Positions 1-9,618 of a stretch of DNA of 64,000 bases are shown here, piece after piece. Location: positions 192,001 to 256,000 of the forward strand of contig CBDCRW010000005.1 of the NCBI GenBank assembly GCA_965221125.1, given 5' to 3'. How positions within the stretch are numbered: position 1 is the stretch's first letter; each line of letters opens with the position of its first letter. Origin of the DNA: Alphaproteobacteria bacterium. Its GTDB lineage: Bacteria; Pseudomonadota; Alphaproteobacteria; UBA828. Both the position numbers and the translations under genes were made by a program. The notes under the pieces are model-generated. The model had not been told where the DNA came from. It searched no databases and saw only the letters and a list, made by a program, of their open reading frames with translations.

Positions 1-653
1 TCCAGCCGACCGGGCTCGCGCCCTACTTCGTGAACTCGATCAAGATGGTCGTGCCGGCGGTGGTGATCTCCACGCTGCTCGGCGCGCTCAACGGCTACGT
101 GCTCACCAAGTGGCGCTTCCGCGGCGATACCCTCGTCTTCGCGCTGATGCTGTTCGCCTGCTTCATCCCCTTCCAGATCGTGCTGATCCCCATGGCCCGG
201 GTGCTGGGCTTCCTCGGCATCGCCGGCACCACCTGGGGCCTGGTGCTGGTGCACGTGGTCTATGGGCTGGGCTTCACCACGCTCTTCTTCCGCAACTACT
301 ACGCGGCGTTCCCGACCGAGCTGGTGAAGGCGGCGCAGATCGACGGGGCTAACTTCCTGCGAATCTTCTACCGCATCCTGCTGCCGAGCTCCGGCCCGAT
401 CATCGTGGTCACGGTGATCTGGCAGTTTACCAACGTGTGGAACGACTTCCTGTTCGGCGCCTCGTTCGCGGACTTCGATTCGCAGCCGATGACGGTGGCG
501 CTCAACAATCTGGTCAGCTCGTCGACCGGGGTGAAGGAGTACAACGTGCACTTTGCCGGCGCGGTCCTGGCGGCGATCCCGACGCTGGTGGTCTACGTCG
601 TCGCCGGCCGCTACTTCGTGCGCGGCCTCATGGCCGGCGCCGTGAAGGGATAG
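1..653 (+). CDS. Carbohydrate ABC transporter permease (MalG-like), 5'-truncated by window edge
   Basis: Hydrophobic helices, EAA-like loop (ELVKAAQIDGA), WNDFL motif; open frame extends to the window start. Confidence 0.9.
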   Translation, partial: QPTGLAPYFVNSIKMVVPAVVISTLLGALNGYVLTKWRFRGDTLVFALMLFACFIPFQIVLIPMARVLGFLGIAGTTWGLVLVHVVYGLGFTTLFFRNYYAAFPTELVKAAQIDGANFLRIFYRILLPSSGPIIVVTVIWQFTNVWNDFLFGASFADFDSQPMTVALNNLVSSSTGVKEYNVHFAGAVLAAIPTLVVYVVAGRYFVRGLMAGAVKG

Positions 654-657
654 GCGC

Positions 658-1770
658 ATGTCGTTTCTGGTGGTCAGCGGTCTCGAAAAACGCTTCGGCG
701 CGGTCGAGGTGCTCAAGGGCATCGACATCAGCGTGCCGCAAGGCGGATTCCTCGTGCTGGTGGGGCCGTCGGGCTGCGGCAAGTCGACGCTGCTCAACAC
801 CATCGCCGGGCTGGAGACGGTCTCCGCCGGCGAGATCCTGATCGACGGCGCCCGCGTCAACGAGCTGCATCCGTCGAAGCGCGACATCGCCATGGTGTTC
901 CAGTCCTACGCGCTGTACCCGAACATGAACGTCGCCAAGAACATGTCGTTCGGCATGGAGATGCGGGGCGTGCCCAGGGCCGAGCGCAGGCAGGTGGTGG
1001 CCCGCGTGGCCAGCATGCTGCAGATCGAGGACTTGCTGGAGCGGAAGCCCGGCCAGCTTTCCGGCGGCCAGCGCCAGCGCGTCGCCATGGGCCGCGCGCT
1101 GGTGCGCGACCCGAAGATATTCCTGTTCGACGAGCCGCTCTCCAACCTCGACGCCAAGCTCCGCGTCGAGATGCGGACGGAGATTCAGAAGCTGCACCAG
1201 CGCCTCGGCACCACCATCGTCTACGTCACCCACGACCAGATCGAGGCGATGACGCTGGCCACCGTGATCGCGGTGCTGAAGGACGGCGTGCTGCAGCAGG
1301 TGGGCAGCCCGGCCGAGATCTACAACACGCCCGCCAATATCTTCGTCGCCGACTTCATGGGCTCGCCGTCGATGAACCTGGTGCCGGCGCGGCTTGACCG
1401 GGCGGACGGCGCGCTGGTGGTCGGCCTGCAGCGCGCCGACGGCTCGACCACGGTGCTGCCGCTGCACCGGCCCTCCGACGCGGCGCGCGCCTTTGTCGGC
1501 CGCGACGTGATCCTCGGGCTCCGGCCCGAGAGCATCGACGATGCCCCTTCTGCCGACGCCGAGGGCGCGCAACGCCATCCCCTCGAAGCCCACGTGGAGG
1601 TCACGCAGCCGACCGGCGCCGACACGCTGGCGATGATCCGCCTCGGCGGCAGGGAGGCCGTGGCGCGGCTCAGGGCCGAGACCGGCGCCCGCGCCGGGGA
1701 GCGCCGCCGGTTCATGGTCGACATGTCCAAGGCGGTGCTGTTCGACCCCGAGACCGAGGAGAGACTCTGA
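658..1770 (+). CDS. Sugar ABC transporter ATP-binding protein (MalK/UgpC family)
   Basis: GPSGCGKST, LSGGQRQR, DEPLSNLD, C-terminal TOBE-like region. Confidence 0.95.
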   Translation: MSFLVVSGLEKRFGAVEVLKGIDISVPQGGFLVLVGPSGCGKSTLLNTIAGLETVSAGEILIDGARVNELHPSKRDIAMVFQSYALYPNMNVAKNMSFGMEMRGVPRAERRQVVARVASMLQIEDLLERKPGQLSGGQRQRVAMGRALVRDPKIFLFDEPLSNLDAKLRVEMRTEIQKLHQRLGTTIVYVTHDQIEAMTLATVIAVLKDGVLQQVGSPAEIYNTPANIFVADFMGSPSMNLVPARLDRADGALVVGLQRADGSTTVLPLHRPSDAARAFVGRDVILGLRPESIDDAPSADAEGAQRHPLEAHVEVTQPTGADTLAMIRLGGREAVARLRAETGARAGERRRFMVDMSKAVLFDPETEERL

Positions 1771-1774
1771 GCCG

Positions 1775-3277
1775 GTGAGCGGCGCATTCGACGTCGTCAT
1801 CATCGGCTCCGGCGTGGGCGGCGGCTGCGTGGCCCATACGCTGGCACCCACCGGCGCCCGCATCGCGATCCTCGAGCGGGGCGCGCGGCTGCCGCGCGAG
1901 GAGCGCAACTGGGACCCCGAGGCGGTCTACGCCGATGCCGTCTACAAGTCGGACGAGCGCTGGGTCGACGGCACGGGCCGCGCCTTCCGGCCGGGGCAGT
2001 TCTACTACGTGGGCGGCCATACCAAGGTGTTCGGCGCCACCATGTTCCGCTTCCGCCGCGAGGATTTTTCGGCCATGGAGCACGCGGGCGGGCTCTCGCC
2101 GGCCTGGCCCATCGACTACGAGACGCTCGAGCCCTGGTACGCCCGCGCCGAGCGCCTCTTCGGCGTCCACGGCGAGGCCGGCGCCGACCCGACCGAGCCG
2201 CCGCGCTCCGGCCCCTACCCCTATCCGCCGCTGCGCCACAATCCGGTGATCGCCGAGGTCGCCGAGCGGTTGCGCGCGCAAGGGCTGCGCCCCTTCCCCA
2301 TGCCGACGTCGGTGCAGGACCACGACGGCGGCGCCTGCGTGCGCTGCAACACCTGCGACGGCTTCCCCTGCCGGCTCGGCGCCAAGGGCGACGCCGAGAC
2401 CCGGCTGATCGACCCGGTGCTGCACCACGGGAACGTTTCGCTGCGAACGGAGGCGCAGGTCGCCCGCCTGCTGGCCGATCCGAGCGGCCGGCGCGTGGTG
2501 GCCGCCCAGCTTGCCGACGGCACGGAGGTCCGGGGCGATCTCTTCGTGCTGGCGGCGGGCGCGGTCAACAGCGCCGCGATCCTGCTACGCTCGGTCCATG
2601 CGAAGCATCCGAATGGTCTCGCCAACGCCTCCGGCATGGTCGGGCGGCACTACATGAACCACAACTGCACGGCGGTGATGGCGATAAGGCCCTTGCATAC
2701 CAACCGGGAGCCGTTCCAGAAGACGCTGGCGCTCAACGACTTCTACCTGGGGGACGGCGCGGGCGGGCCGCCGCTCGGCAACGTGCAACTGCTGGGCAAG
2801 ATCATGGAGCCGATGCTGCGGAGCGAAATCCGCGCCGTGCCGCGCTGGGCGCGCGCCTGGCTCGCCGCCCACAGCGTCGACTGGTACGCCATGTCGGAGG
2901 ACCTGCCGCACCCGGAGAGCCGGGTGACGGTGCGGGGCGACGGGTCCATCGTCCTCGACTGGCGCCGGACGAATGTGGCCGCGCACGGGATGCTCGTCGC
3001 CAGGGTGCGAAGGCTGCTGCGGGCGGCGGGCTTCCCCATCGTGCTGACCAGGGCGTTCTCGAAGGACACGCCGTCGCACCAGTGCGGCACCGTGCGCTTC
3101 GGCCACGACCCGGCGGCGGCGGCGCTCGACCCCTTCTGCAAGGCCTTCGACCTCGACAACCTCTATGTCGTCGACGCCTCGTTCTTCCCCTCGTCCGCCG
3201 CCGTCAATCCCGCGCTTACCGTGGCCGCCCAGGCGCTCCGCGCGGGCGAGCACATCGCGTCGACGCGGCTGCACTGA
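1775..3277 (+). CDS. GMC family FAD oxidoreductase
   Basis: GSGVGG dinucleotide motif, CxxCxxCDGFPC, SHQCGT, VDASFFP...NPALT. Confidence 0.9.
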   Translation: MSGAFDVVIIGSGVGGGCVAHTLAPTGARIAILERGARLPREERNWDPEAVYADAVYKSDERWVDGTGRAFRPGQFYYVGGHTKVFGATMFRFRREDFSAMEHAGGLSPAWPIDYETLEPWYARAERLFGVHGEAGADPTEPPRSGPYPYPPLRHNPVIAEVAERLRAQGLRPFPMPTSVQDHDGGACVRCNTCDGFPCRLGAKGDAETRLIDPVLHHGNVSLRTEAQVARLLADPSGRRVVAAQLADGTEVRGDLFVLAAGAVNSAAILLRSVHAKHPNGLANASGMVGRHYMNHNCTAVMAIRPLHTNREPFQKTLALNDFYLGDGAGGPPLGNVQLLGKIMEPMLRSEIRAVPRWARAWLAAHSVDWYAMSEDLPHPESRVTVRGDGSIVLDWRRTNVAAHGMLVARVRRLLRAAGFPIVLTRAFSKDTPSHQCGTVRFGHDPAAAALDPFCKAFDLDNLYVVDASFFPSSAAVNPALTVAAQALRAGEHIASTRLH

Positions 3278-3286
3278 GGGGCGCCC

Positions 3287-4084
3287 GTGGCCGACACCCC
3301 GATCTCCTCCCTCGCCAGCCGCCCGGTCGCGCTGGTGACGGGTGCGCGGCGCGGCATCGGCGCGGCCATTGCCGTCGCGCTGGCCGAGAGCGGGTTCGAC
3401 GTGGCCTGCGCGGACATCCTGCCCGCCGAAGCCGACGACCCGGTACGGGCGGGAATCGAGACGGCTGGCGGCCGCGCGCTCGGCGTCACAAGCGACCTCG
3501 CCGACCTCGACGCGCATGGCCCCCTGGTCGAGACGGTGGCGGACTGGGGCGGCGGGCTGGACGTGCTGGTCAACAACGCGGGCGTGGTGTGGCCCGAGCG
3601 CGGCGACATGCTGGCGGCGACGCCGGAGGCCTTCGACCGGGTCATGGGCGTCAACCTCAGGGGGACCTTCTTCCTCAGCCAGCGCGTGGCCGCGTGGATG
3701 GTGGCGCACCCGCGGGGCGACGGCTTCCGCCGCAGCATCGTCAGCATCGGCTCGGTCAGCGCCGAGATGGCGACGCCGGAGCGCAGCGAGTACTGCATCT
3801 CCAAGGCGGGGCTCGCCATGCTCACCAGGCTGCTCGCGCTGCGCCTGGCCGATGAGGGCGTTTCGGTCTACGAGGTGCGGCCCGGTATCATCCGCACCGA
3901 CATGACCGCGAGCGTGACGGACAAGTACGACCGCGCCATCGCCGCCGGGCTGAGCCCGATCCGCCGCTGGGGCGAGCCGGCGGACGTCGCGCGCGCGACG
4001 TCTGCCCTGGTGCGCGGCGACTTCGCCTTCGCCACCGGCAGCGTCGTCCACGTGGACGGCGGCCTGTCGGTTCAGCGGCTCTAG
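3287..4084 (+). CDS. Short-chain dehydrogenase/reductase
   Basis: TGARRGIG, NNAG, YCISK catalytic motif. Confidence 0.92.
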   Translation: MADTPISSLASRPVALVTGARRGIGAAIAVALAESGFDVACADILPAEADDPVRAGIETAGGRALGVTSDLADLDAHGPLVETVADWGGGLDVLVNNAGVVWPERGDMLAATPEAFDRVMGVNLRGTFFLSQRVAAWMVAHPRGDGFRRSIVSIGSVSAEMATPERSEYCISKAGLAMLTRLLALRLADEGVSVYEVRPGIIRTDMTASVTDKYDRAIAAGLSPIRRWGEPADVARATSALVRGDFAFATGSVVHVDGGLSVQRL

Positions 4085-4086
4085 CC

Positions 4087-5673
4087 GTGCGCGAATACGA
4101 CTACGTCATCGTCGGCGCCGGCCCGGCTGGCTGCTGCCTCGCGGCGCGGCTCTCCGAAGACCCGGATGTCTCCGTGCTGCTGCTGGAGGCCGGCGGCGGC
4201 GACCGGCACCCCTATATCCATGCGCCGGCCGGCTTCGCCAAGCTCACCGGCACGTCGCACACCTGGGGCTATTCCACGGCGCCCCAGCGCGAGATCGACG
4301 GGCGCGAGATGTGGTACCCGCAGGGGCGCGTGCTGGGCGGCGGCAGCTCGATCAACGCCATGATCTACGCCCGCGGCAACCCCAGGGACTACGACGGCTG
4401 GGCCGCAGCAGGCTGCCCCGGCTGGGCCTATGCCGACGTGCTGCCCTACTTCAGGCGGCCCGAGGACAACGAGCGCTTTCACGACGACTACCACGGCTCC
4501 GGCGGCCCGCTCGGCGTGAGCGACCCCGTCCGCCCCCTGCCGATATCGGCCGCGTTCCTGCGCGCGGCGCAACAGGCCGGGCTGCCCTACAATGCGGACT
4601 TCAACGGCACGGCGCAGGAAGGCTGCGGCTACTACCAGGTGACCAACCGCAAGGCCCGGCGCTGCAGCGCGGTCGAGGCGTACCTGCGGCCCGCGATGGC
4701 GCGGTCGAACCTCACCGTGAGGACCCGTGCGTTGGCGACCCGCGTCGTCCTCGAGAGCGGCCGCGCGGTGGGCGTCGACTGCGGCCGGCGCGGGAGACCT
4801 GAGCGCATACGGGCCGCGCGCGAGGTGATCGTGAGCGCCGGCGCCATCGGCTCGCCCAAGCTGCTGATGCTGTCCGGCATCGGCCGGGGCGACGACCTGC
4901 GCGCGCTCGGCATCGACGTGGTGCACGACCTGCCGGGCGTCGGGCGGAACCTGCAGGACCACTTCGACGTCTACGTGGTGAGCGAGTGCCGCGGCGACTT
5001 CAGCTACGACAAGGTCTTGCGGCCCCACCGCACCCTCTGGGCCGTGCTGCAGTACCTGCTGTTCCGCCAGGGGCCGATCGCGTCCACCCTGATCGACGCC
5101 GGCGGGTTCTGGTACGCCGATGCGGACGCGCCGGCGCCCGACATCCAGATGCACTTCGTGCTGGGCTCGGGCCTCGAGTACGGCCTCGCCAAGCTGAAAG
5201 GGGCCGGCGTCACGCTCAACTCGTGCTTCTCCCGGCCCAAGGCGCGCGGCACGGTGACGCTGCGGGACGCCGACCCGCGCGAGCCGCCCGCCATCGACCC
5301 CAACTACTGGGGCGACCCTTACGACCACGAGATGTCGCTCAGGGGCTTCAAGCTCGCCCGCGAGATCATGGCGCAGGAGGCGTTCCGCCCCTTCATCCTG
5401 TGCGAGCGCCATCCCGGCCCCGACGTGCGGAGCGACGCCGATATCGCCGCCTATGCCCGCAGGGCGGGCAAGACGGATTTCCACCCGGTGGGCACCTGCA
5501 AGATGGGAAGCGACGACATGGCGGTGGTGGACCCTGCCTTGAAGGTGCGGGGCCTCGACGGTCTGCGGGTCATCGATTCGTCCGTGATGCCGCTGCTCAC
5601 CACGGGCAACACCAACGCGCCGACCATCATGGTGGCGGAAAAGGGCGCCGACCACGTGCGCGGCCTGATCTGA
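4087..5673 (+). CDS. GMC oxidoreductase (choline/alcohol/sorbose dehydrogenase-like)
   Basis: GAGPAG, GRVLGGGSSINAM, GRNLQDH, FHPVGTCKMG, GNTNAP. Confidence 0.92.
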   Translation: MREYDYVIVGAGPAGCCLAARLSEDPDVSVLLLEAGGGDRHPYIHAPAGFAKLTGTSHTWGYSTAPQREIDGREMWYPQGRVLGGGSSINAMIYARGNPRDYDGWAAAGCPGWAYADVLPYFRRPEDNERFHDDYHGSGGPLGVSDPVRPLPISAAFLRAAQQAGLPYNADFNGTAQEGCGYYQVTNRKARRCSAVEAYLRPAMARSNLTVRTRALATRVVLESGRAVGVDCGRRGRPERIRAAREVIVSAGAIGSPKLLMLSGIGRGDDLRALGIDVVHDLPGVGRNLQDHFDVYVVSECRGDFSYDKVLRPHRTLWAVLQYLLFRQGPIASTLIDAGGFWYADADAPAPDIQMHFVLGSGLEYGLAKLKGAGVTLNSCFSRPKARGTVTLRDADPREPPAIDPNYWGDPYDHEMSLRGFKLAREIMAQEAFRPFILCERHPGPDVRSDADIAAYARRAGKTDFHPVGTCKMGSDDMAVVDPALKVRGLDGLRVIDSSVMPLLTTGNTNAPTIMVAEKGADHVRGLI

Positions 5674-5687
5674 GGCCGCGCGCGCCG

Positions 5688-6854
5688 ATGCCCGCCCTCG
5701 CCATCGACCTCCCCGACGAGACCGGCCGGTTGGCCACCTATGAGCTGACGGCGCGGCCGGTTGCGGCGCCGGCCGGCCCGCGCCGCTTCAACCGCCGGGC
5801 CTTCGCGGCGGTGCATGTCGTGGCCGACCCGTTCGCGGCGCAGGAGCCCGCTCAGGGCGCGGCCATCGACTGGGAGGCGACGCTCGCCTTCCGCCGCCAT
5901 ATTCTCGGCCTGGGACTCGGCGTCGCCGAGGCGATGGACACGGCCCAGCGCGGCATGGGCCTCGACTGGCCTGCCGCGAAGGCGCTGATCGAGCGCACCC
6001 TCGCCGACGCGGCGCCGGAGGAGCGGGCACGCATCGTCTCGGGCGTCGGCACCGACCACCTCGACCCGGCGGAGGCGCGCTCGCTCGACGACGTGGTCGC
6101 CGCCTACCACGAGCAGCTTGCCGCGGTGCAGAGGGCCGGCGGGCGGGTCGTGCTCATGGCGACCCGCGCGCTGGCCCGCATCGCGACCGGCCCCGCCGAC
6201 TACGAGGCGGTCTACGCCCGCGTGCTGGCCGAGGCCGAGGCGCCGGTGATCCTGCACTGGCTGGGCGAGATGTTCGACCCGGCGCTCGCCGGCTACTGGG
6301 GCGCGAACGACTTCCCACCGGCGCTCGAGACCGCGCTGGCGATCGTCCATGCCAACGCCGGCAGGGTGGACGGGATCAAGCTCTCCCTGCTGGACGACGC
6401 CAAGGAAATCCAGATGCGCCGGCGCCTGCCGGACGGCGTCAGGATGTACACGGGCGACGACTTCAACTACCCGGCGCTGATCGAGGGCGACGCGGAGGGT
6501 CACAGCGACGCGCTGCTCGGCATCTTCGACCCCATCGCGCCGGCGGCCTCGGCGGCGCTCTCGGCGCTGGCGACAGGCGACCTGGCGGCCTACCGGCGGA
6601 TACTGGAGCCGACCGTGCCGCTGTCCCGCCTGGTCTTCCGCGCGCCGACGCAGCACTACAAGACGGGCGTGGTCTTCCTCGCCTACCTCAACGGCTTCCA
6701 GGACCACTTCGTGATGATCGGCGGGGCGCAGGCGATGCGGCCGCTGCCTTACTTCACCGCCCTCTTCCGCCTGGCCGATGCCGCCGGCCTGCTGCGCGAC
6801 CCCGAACGCGCCGTCAGCCGCATGCGGCGCTTCCTCGGAGCGTTTCCGTCTTAG
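5688..6854 (+). CDS. DUF993 / DHDPS-like TIM-barrel protein
   Basis: ATG at 5688; AEAMDTAQRGMG, LHWLGEMFDPAL, GIKLSLLD, YTGDDFNY typical of DUF993. Confidence 0.85.
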   Translation: MPALAIDLPDETGRLATYELTARPVAAPAGPRRFNRRAFAAVHVVADPFAAQEPAQGAAIDWEATLAFRRHILGLGLGVAEAMDTAQRGMGLDWPAAKALIERTLADAAPEERARIVSGVGTDHLDPAEARSLDDVVAAYHEQLAAVQRAGGRVVLMATRALARIATGPADYEAVYARVLAEAEAPVILHWLGEMFDPALAGYWGANDFPPALETALAIVHANAGRVDGIKLSLLDDAKEIQMRRRLPDGVRMYTGDDFNYPALIEGDAEGHSDALLGIFDPIAPAASAALSALATGDLAAYRRILEPTVPLSRLVFRAPTQHYKTGVVFLAYLNGFQDHFVMIGGAQAMRPLPYFTALFRLADAAGLLRDPERAVSRMRRFLGAFPS

Positions 6855-7013
6855 CCGGAATCGCTCCGAGTCTTTCTCGCTCACGGCAGCCGGTCGTCGT
6901 GCGCTTGCGCGCGCCTGCCGGCGCGACGACCGGCGCCTCCGCGAGGGCGCCGCATACGCGGCGGGCCGCTATCGCGGCCTGTCGCGCGTCCGTCAAGGAC
7001 GGCCGCGCTCTAG
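6838..7013. repeat. Dispersed MITE-like intergenic repeat, copy 1 (GAGCG...CGCTCTAG ends)
   Basis: Aligns by eye to the reverse complement of 56363-56566 (shared TTTCTCGCTCACGGCAGCCGG and GGGCCGCTATCGCGGCCTG blocks). Confidence 0.8.
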
Positions 7014-8041
7014 CCTGTACGGTCCCGGTCCGCCAGCAGCTCGTTGATGCAGGAGTCCAGGAAGCGCAGGAAATCGCTGCCCGTGCGGCCGGGGGACGCG
7101 ACGCAGTGGCCCCAGGGCGAGACATAGGGCCGGAGGTCGGCGTTCGGCATGTGCCGCGCCTCGATGGCGTTGTCCTCGGGCGGGAAGTAGAGATCGGTGG
7201 TGCAGGGGACGAGGATCGCGCGGGCCGTGATGGCGCCGAGCGCGCGCTCGAAATCGCCCCGGTAGCGGTCGTTGGCGCTGATGTCGCCCAGCTGCCAGGT
7301 GTGGAGCTTGGCCAGCAGGTCGTTGGCGTCCCAGCCGAGGTGGTCCTGCTCCCAGTCGAGCAGCAGGTCCTCCCAGGTCTCGAAGCCGAGCTCGCGGTGA
7401 AGCCCCTCGCGGTAGAAGGTCTGCGAGTAGGCCCAGCCGGCGTAGACCCGCCCGAACGCGCGAAGCCCCGCCTCCGGCGGCGCCGTGTAGTCGCCGCCCG
7501 CGAATGCGGCGTCCGCCGTGAGCGCCGCCTTCACCCCTTCGAGGAACACCTTGTTGTGCGCAGAGGTCCGGGCGGAAGCGCAGAACGGCAGGATGGCGTC
7601 CACCATCTCGGGATACTGCGCGCCCCACTGGTACGACTGGCAGCCGGCCATGGACCAGCCGAGCACGAGGGCGATGCACTTGACGCCCAGCGCTTGCGTG
7701 AGCAGCCGGTGCTGGCAGGCGACGTTGTCGTGGAGGGTGACCGTGGGGAAGCGCGGCCCGTCGCAAGGCGGCGGCGTGTTGCTCGGCGATGACGAGAGGC
7801 CGTTGCCGAACATGTTGATCGAGACGATGAACCAGCGCTCCGGGTCCAGCGCCGGCACCTGCGTCACGTAGCCCTCGTTGCGCTCGTGCGTGCCGGTGTA
7901 GAAGGTCGGCATGACGATCGCGTTGTCGCCGTCGGCGTTGAGCGCGCCCCAGGTCCTGTAGGCGAGCCGCGCCGCCGGCAGCGTGGCGCCGGATTGCAGC
8001 GCCACGTCGCCGAGCTCGAAGGTCTCGTAATCCGGTGCCAC
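7010..8041 (-). CDS. Alpha/beta hydrolase, homoserine O-acetyltransferase-like
   Basis: GWSMAG nucleophile elbow, DLYFPP, SPWGH. Confidence 0.85.
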   Translation of the reverse strand: MAPDYETFELGDVALQSGATLPAARLAYRTWGALNADGDNAIVMPTFYTGTHERNEGYVTQVPALDPERWFIVSINMFGNGLSSSPSNTPPPCDGPRFPTVTLHDNVACQHRLLTQALGVKCIALVLGWSMAGCQSYQWGAQYPEMVDAILPFCASARTSAHNKVFLEGVKAALTADAAFAGGDYTAPPEAGLRAFGRVYAGWAYSQTFYREGLHRELGFETWEDLLLDWEQDHLGWDANDLLAKLHTWQLGDISANDRYRGDFERALGAITARAILVPCTTDLYFPPEDNAIEARHMPNADLRPYVSPWGHCVASPGRTGSDFLRFLDSCINELLADRDRTG

Positions 8042-8053
8042 GGTGGCGCGCCC

Positions 8054-9472
8054 TCAGTAGAGCCGCAGGTACTCCTCCACCTCCCAGTCGGTCACCGTCT
8101 GGTGGTAGCGCTCCCACTCGTCGATCTTGTAGCGGAGCCAGGAGTTCATCATCGTCGGGCCCAGCACTTCGGCCGCCAGCGGGTCGTCGCGCAGGATCTC
8201 GACCGCTTCCAGCAGGTTGCGCGGCAGGCGCTGACCGCCGCTCGCCACGATCTCCTCGTCCGTGAGGTCGTAGAGGTCCTTGTTGAGCGGCGGGCCGGGG
8301 TCGATCTTCTCCATCACGCCCTCGACCGCGGCCGCGCTCGTCATGCCGAGCGCGAGATACGGGTTCATGCAGAGGTCGGAGGCGCGGTTCTCGATGCAGA
8401 AGCGGTTCTGCGGCAGGCGCAGCATGGCGGAGCGGTTGTTGCTGCCGTAGGTCATGTGGGTCGGCGCCCAGGTCACGGTGCCGCCCTCGAAGCCGCCGAC
8501 CCGGGCCACCAGGCCGTTGTACGAGTTGACGGTCGTGGCGGTGAGCGCCGTGAGCGCGCCGCCGTGGCGCAGCAGGCCGCCGACGGCGTGGTAGGCGGCA
8601 TCGGCCCAGCCGGCGTCGTGGTCTCCGAGGATGTTGACTCCCGGATTGTCGAGGCGCTGGATCGAGTAGTTGATGTGCGCGCCCGAGCGCCAGTCGCCGG
8701 TCGTGGGCTTCGGCATGTAGGTGGCGAAGAGGCCTTGGCTCTTGGCCACCTCCTTCAGCAGCACGCGCAGGAACACCAGGCGATCCGCCATGCCGAGCAC
8801 GTCCGTGTAGCCGAAATCGAGCTCGAACTGGGAGTAGGCGCCCTCGCAGACCACGTCCTTCAGGCCCCAGCCGAGGTCTTCGAGGATGTCGATGACCGCG
8901 CCGAGGAAGCTCATGGAATCGATGGTGTACTCGATGTCGTAGCCGAAGGCCTGGCGGCGTGAGCGGACGCCCGCGCCGGGGAGCGGGTCGTTGTCGAAGG
9001 CCTTGACCGGCTGGCCGTCCTCCCAGCGCATCACGATGAACTCGGGCTCGATGCCGGCGTAGCCCACGTAACCCTTGGCCGCCACGTCGCGCATCACGCG
9101 CTTCAGCGCCTGCCGGGGGCAGAGGTTGTAGGGCGCGTCCTCCCACCAGAGGTCCGCGAACATCCAGGCGCAGGTGCGGTCCCACGGGCAGATGACGAGG
9201 GAATCTATGTCGGGAATTGGAATCTGGTCCGAGTCCGCCGCGCCCAGCTCCGGCACGAAGGAGATCGAGTGCACGGCGAACTGCGGCCCCTTGCCCATGC
9301 ACACGTTCTCGAACTCGCTGATCGGCACCGGCTTGGTCTTGGGCAGGCCGTGCATGTCGATCCAGCAGGAGAACACGTAGCGGACGCCCGCCTCGACAAG
9401 CTTCGCGTGCTCCTCGCGGACGCGCTCGATGTCAGGCAGCGCCTCCATCATGTTACCCGGTGCTGTGTTCAT
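8054..9472 (-). CDS. Glutamine synthetase-like gamma-glutamyl ligase (GlnT/GmaS-related)
   Basis: GIEPEF, QFELDF, TYMPKP, SGAHIN, NNRSAMLRLP, IENR. Confidence 0.9.
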   Translation of the reverse strand: MNTAPGNMMEALPDIERVREEHAKLVEAGVRYVFSCWIDMHGLPKTKPVPISEFENVCMGKGPQFAVHSISFVPELGAADSDQIPIPDIDSLVICPWDRTCAWMFADLWWEDAPYNLCPRQALKRVMRDVAAKGYVGYAGIEPEFIVMRWEDGQPVKAFDNDPLPGAGVRSRRQAFGYDIEYTIDSMSFLGAVIDILEDLGWGLKDVVCEGAYSQFELDFGYTDVLGMADRLVFLRVLLKEVAKSQGLFATYMPKPTTGDWRSGAHINYSIQRLDNPGVNILGDHDAGWADAAYHAVGGLLRHGGALTALTATTVNSYNGLVARVGGFEGGTVTWAPTHMTYGSNNRSAMLRLPQNRFCIENRASDLCMNPYLALGMTSAAAVEGVMEKIDPGPPLNKDLYDLTDEEIVASGGQRLPRNLLEAVEILRDDPLAAEVLGPTMMNSWLRYKIDEWERYHQTVTDWEVEEYLRLY

Positions 9473-9618
9473 CGGATCGGTTTCCTCGCGTGGTGGGACA
9501 GGTGGATCAGGAAGACGTCATCCTGTCCCGGTGTGTGGTGTGTGGTGTCGGATCGTGGCGCTTGGACAATCCCGTCAGTTTGCGTGCAGGACGGCGGGCG
9601 GTATCGCCCCCCCGGCGC

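Noticed and set aside
8054-9472. Housekeeping glnA
   Set aside because: Lacks the GSI-type N-terminal FDGSS motif and glnB context; sits in a catabolic operon
9531-9548. GTGTGTG-GTGTGTG-GTGT microrepeat upstream of the GS-like gene
   Set aside because: Too short to distinguish from chance; no supporting evidence of function
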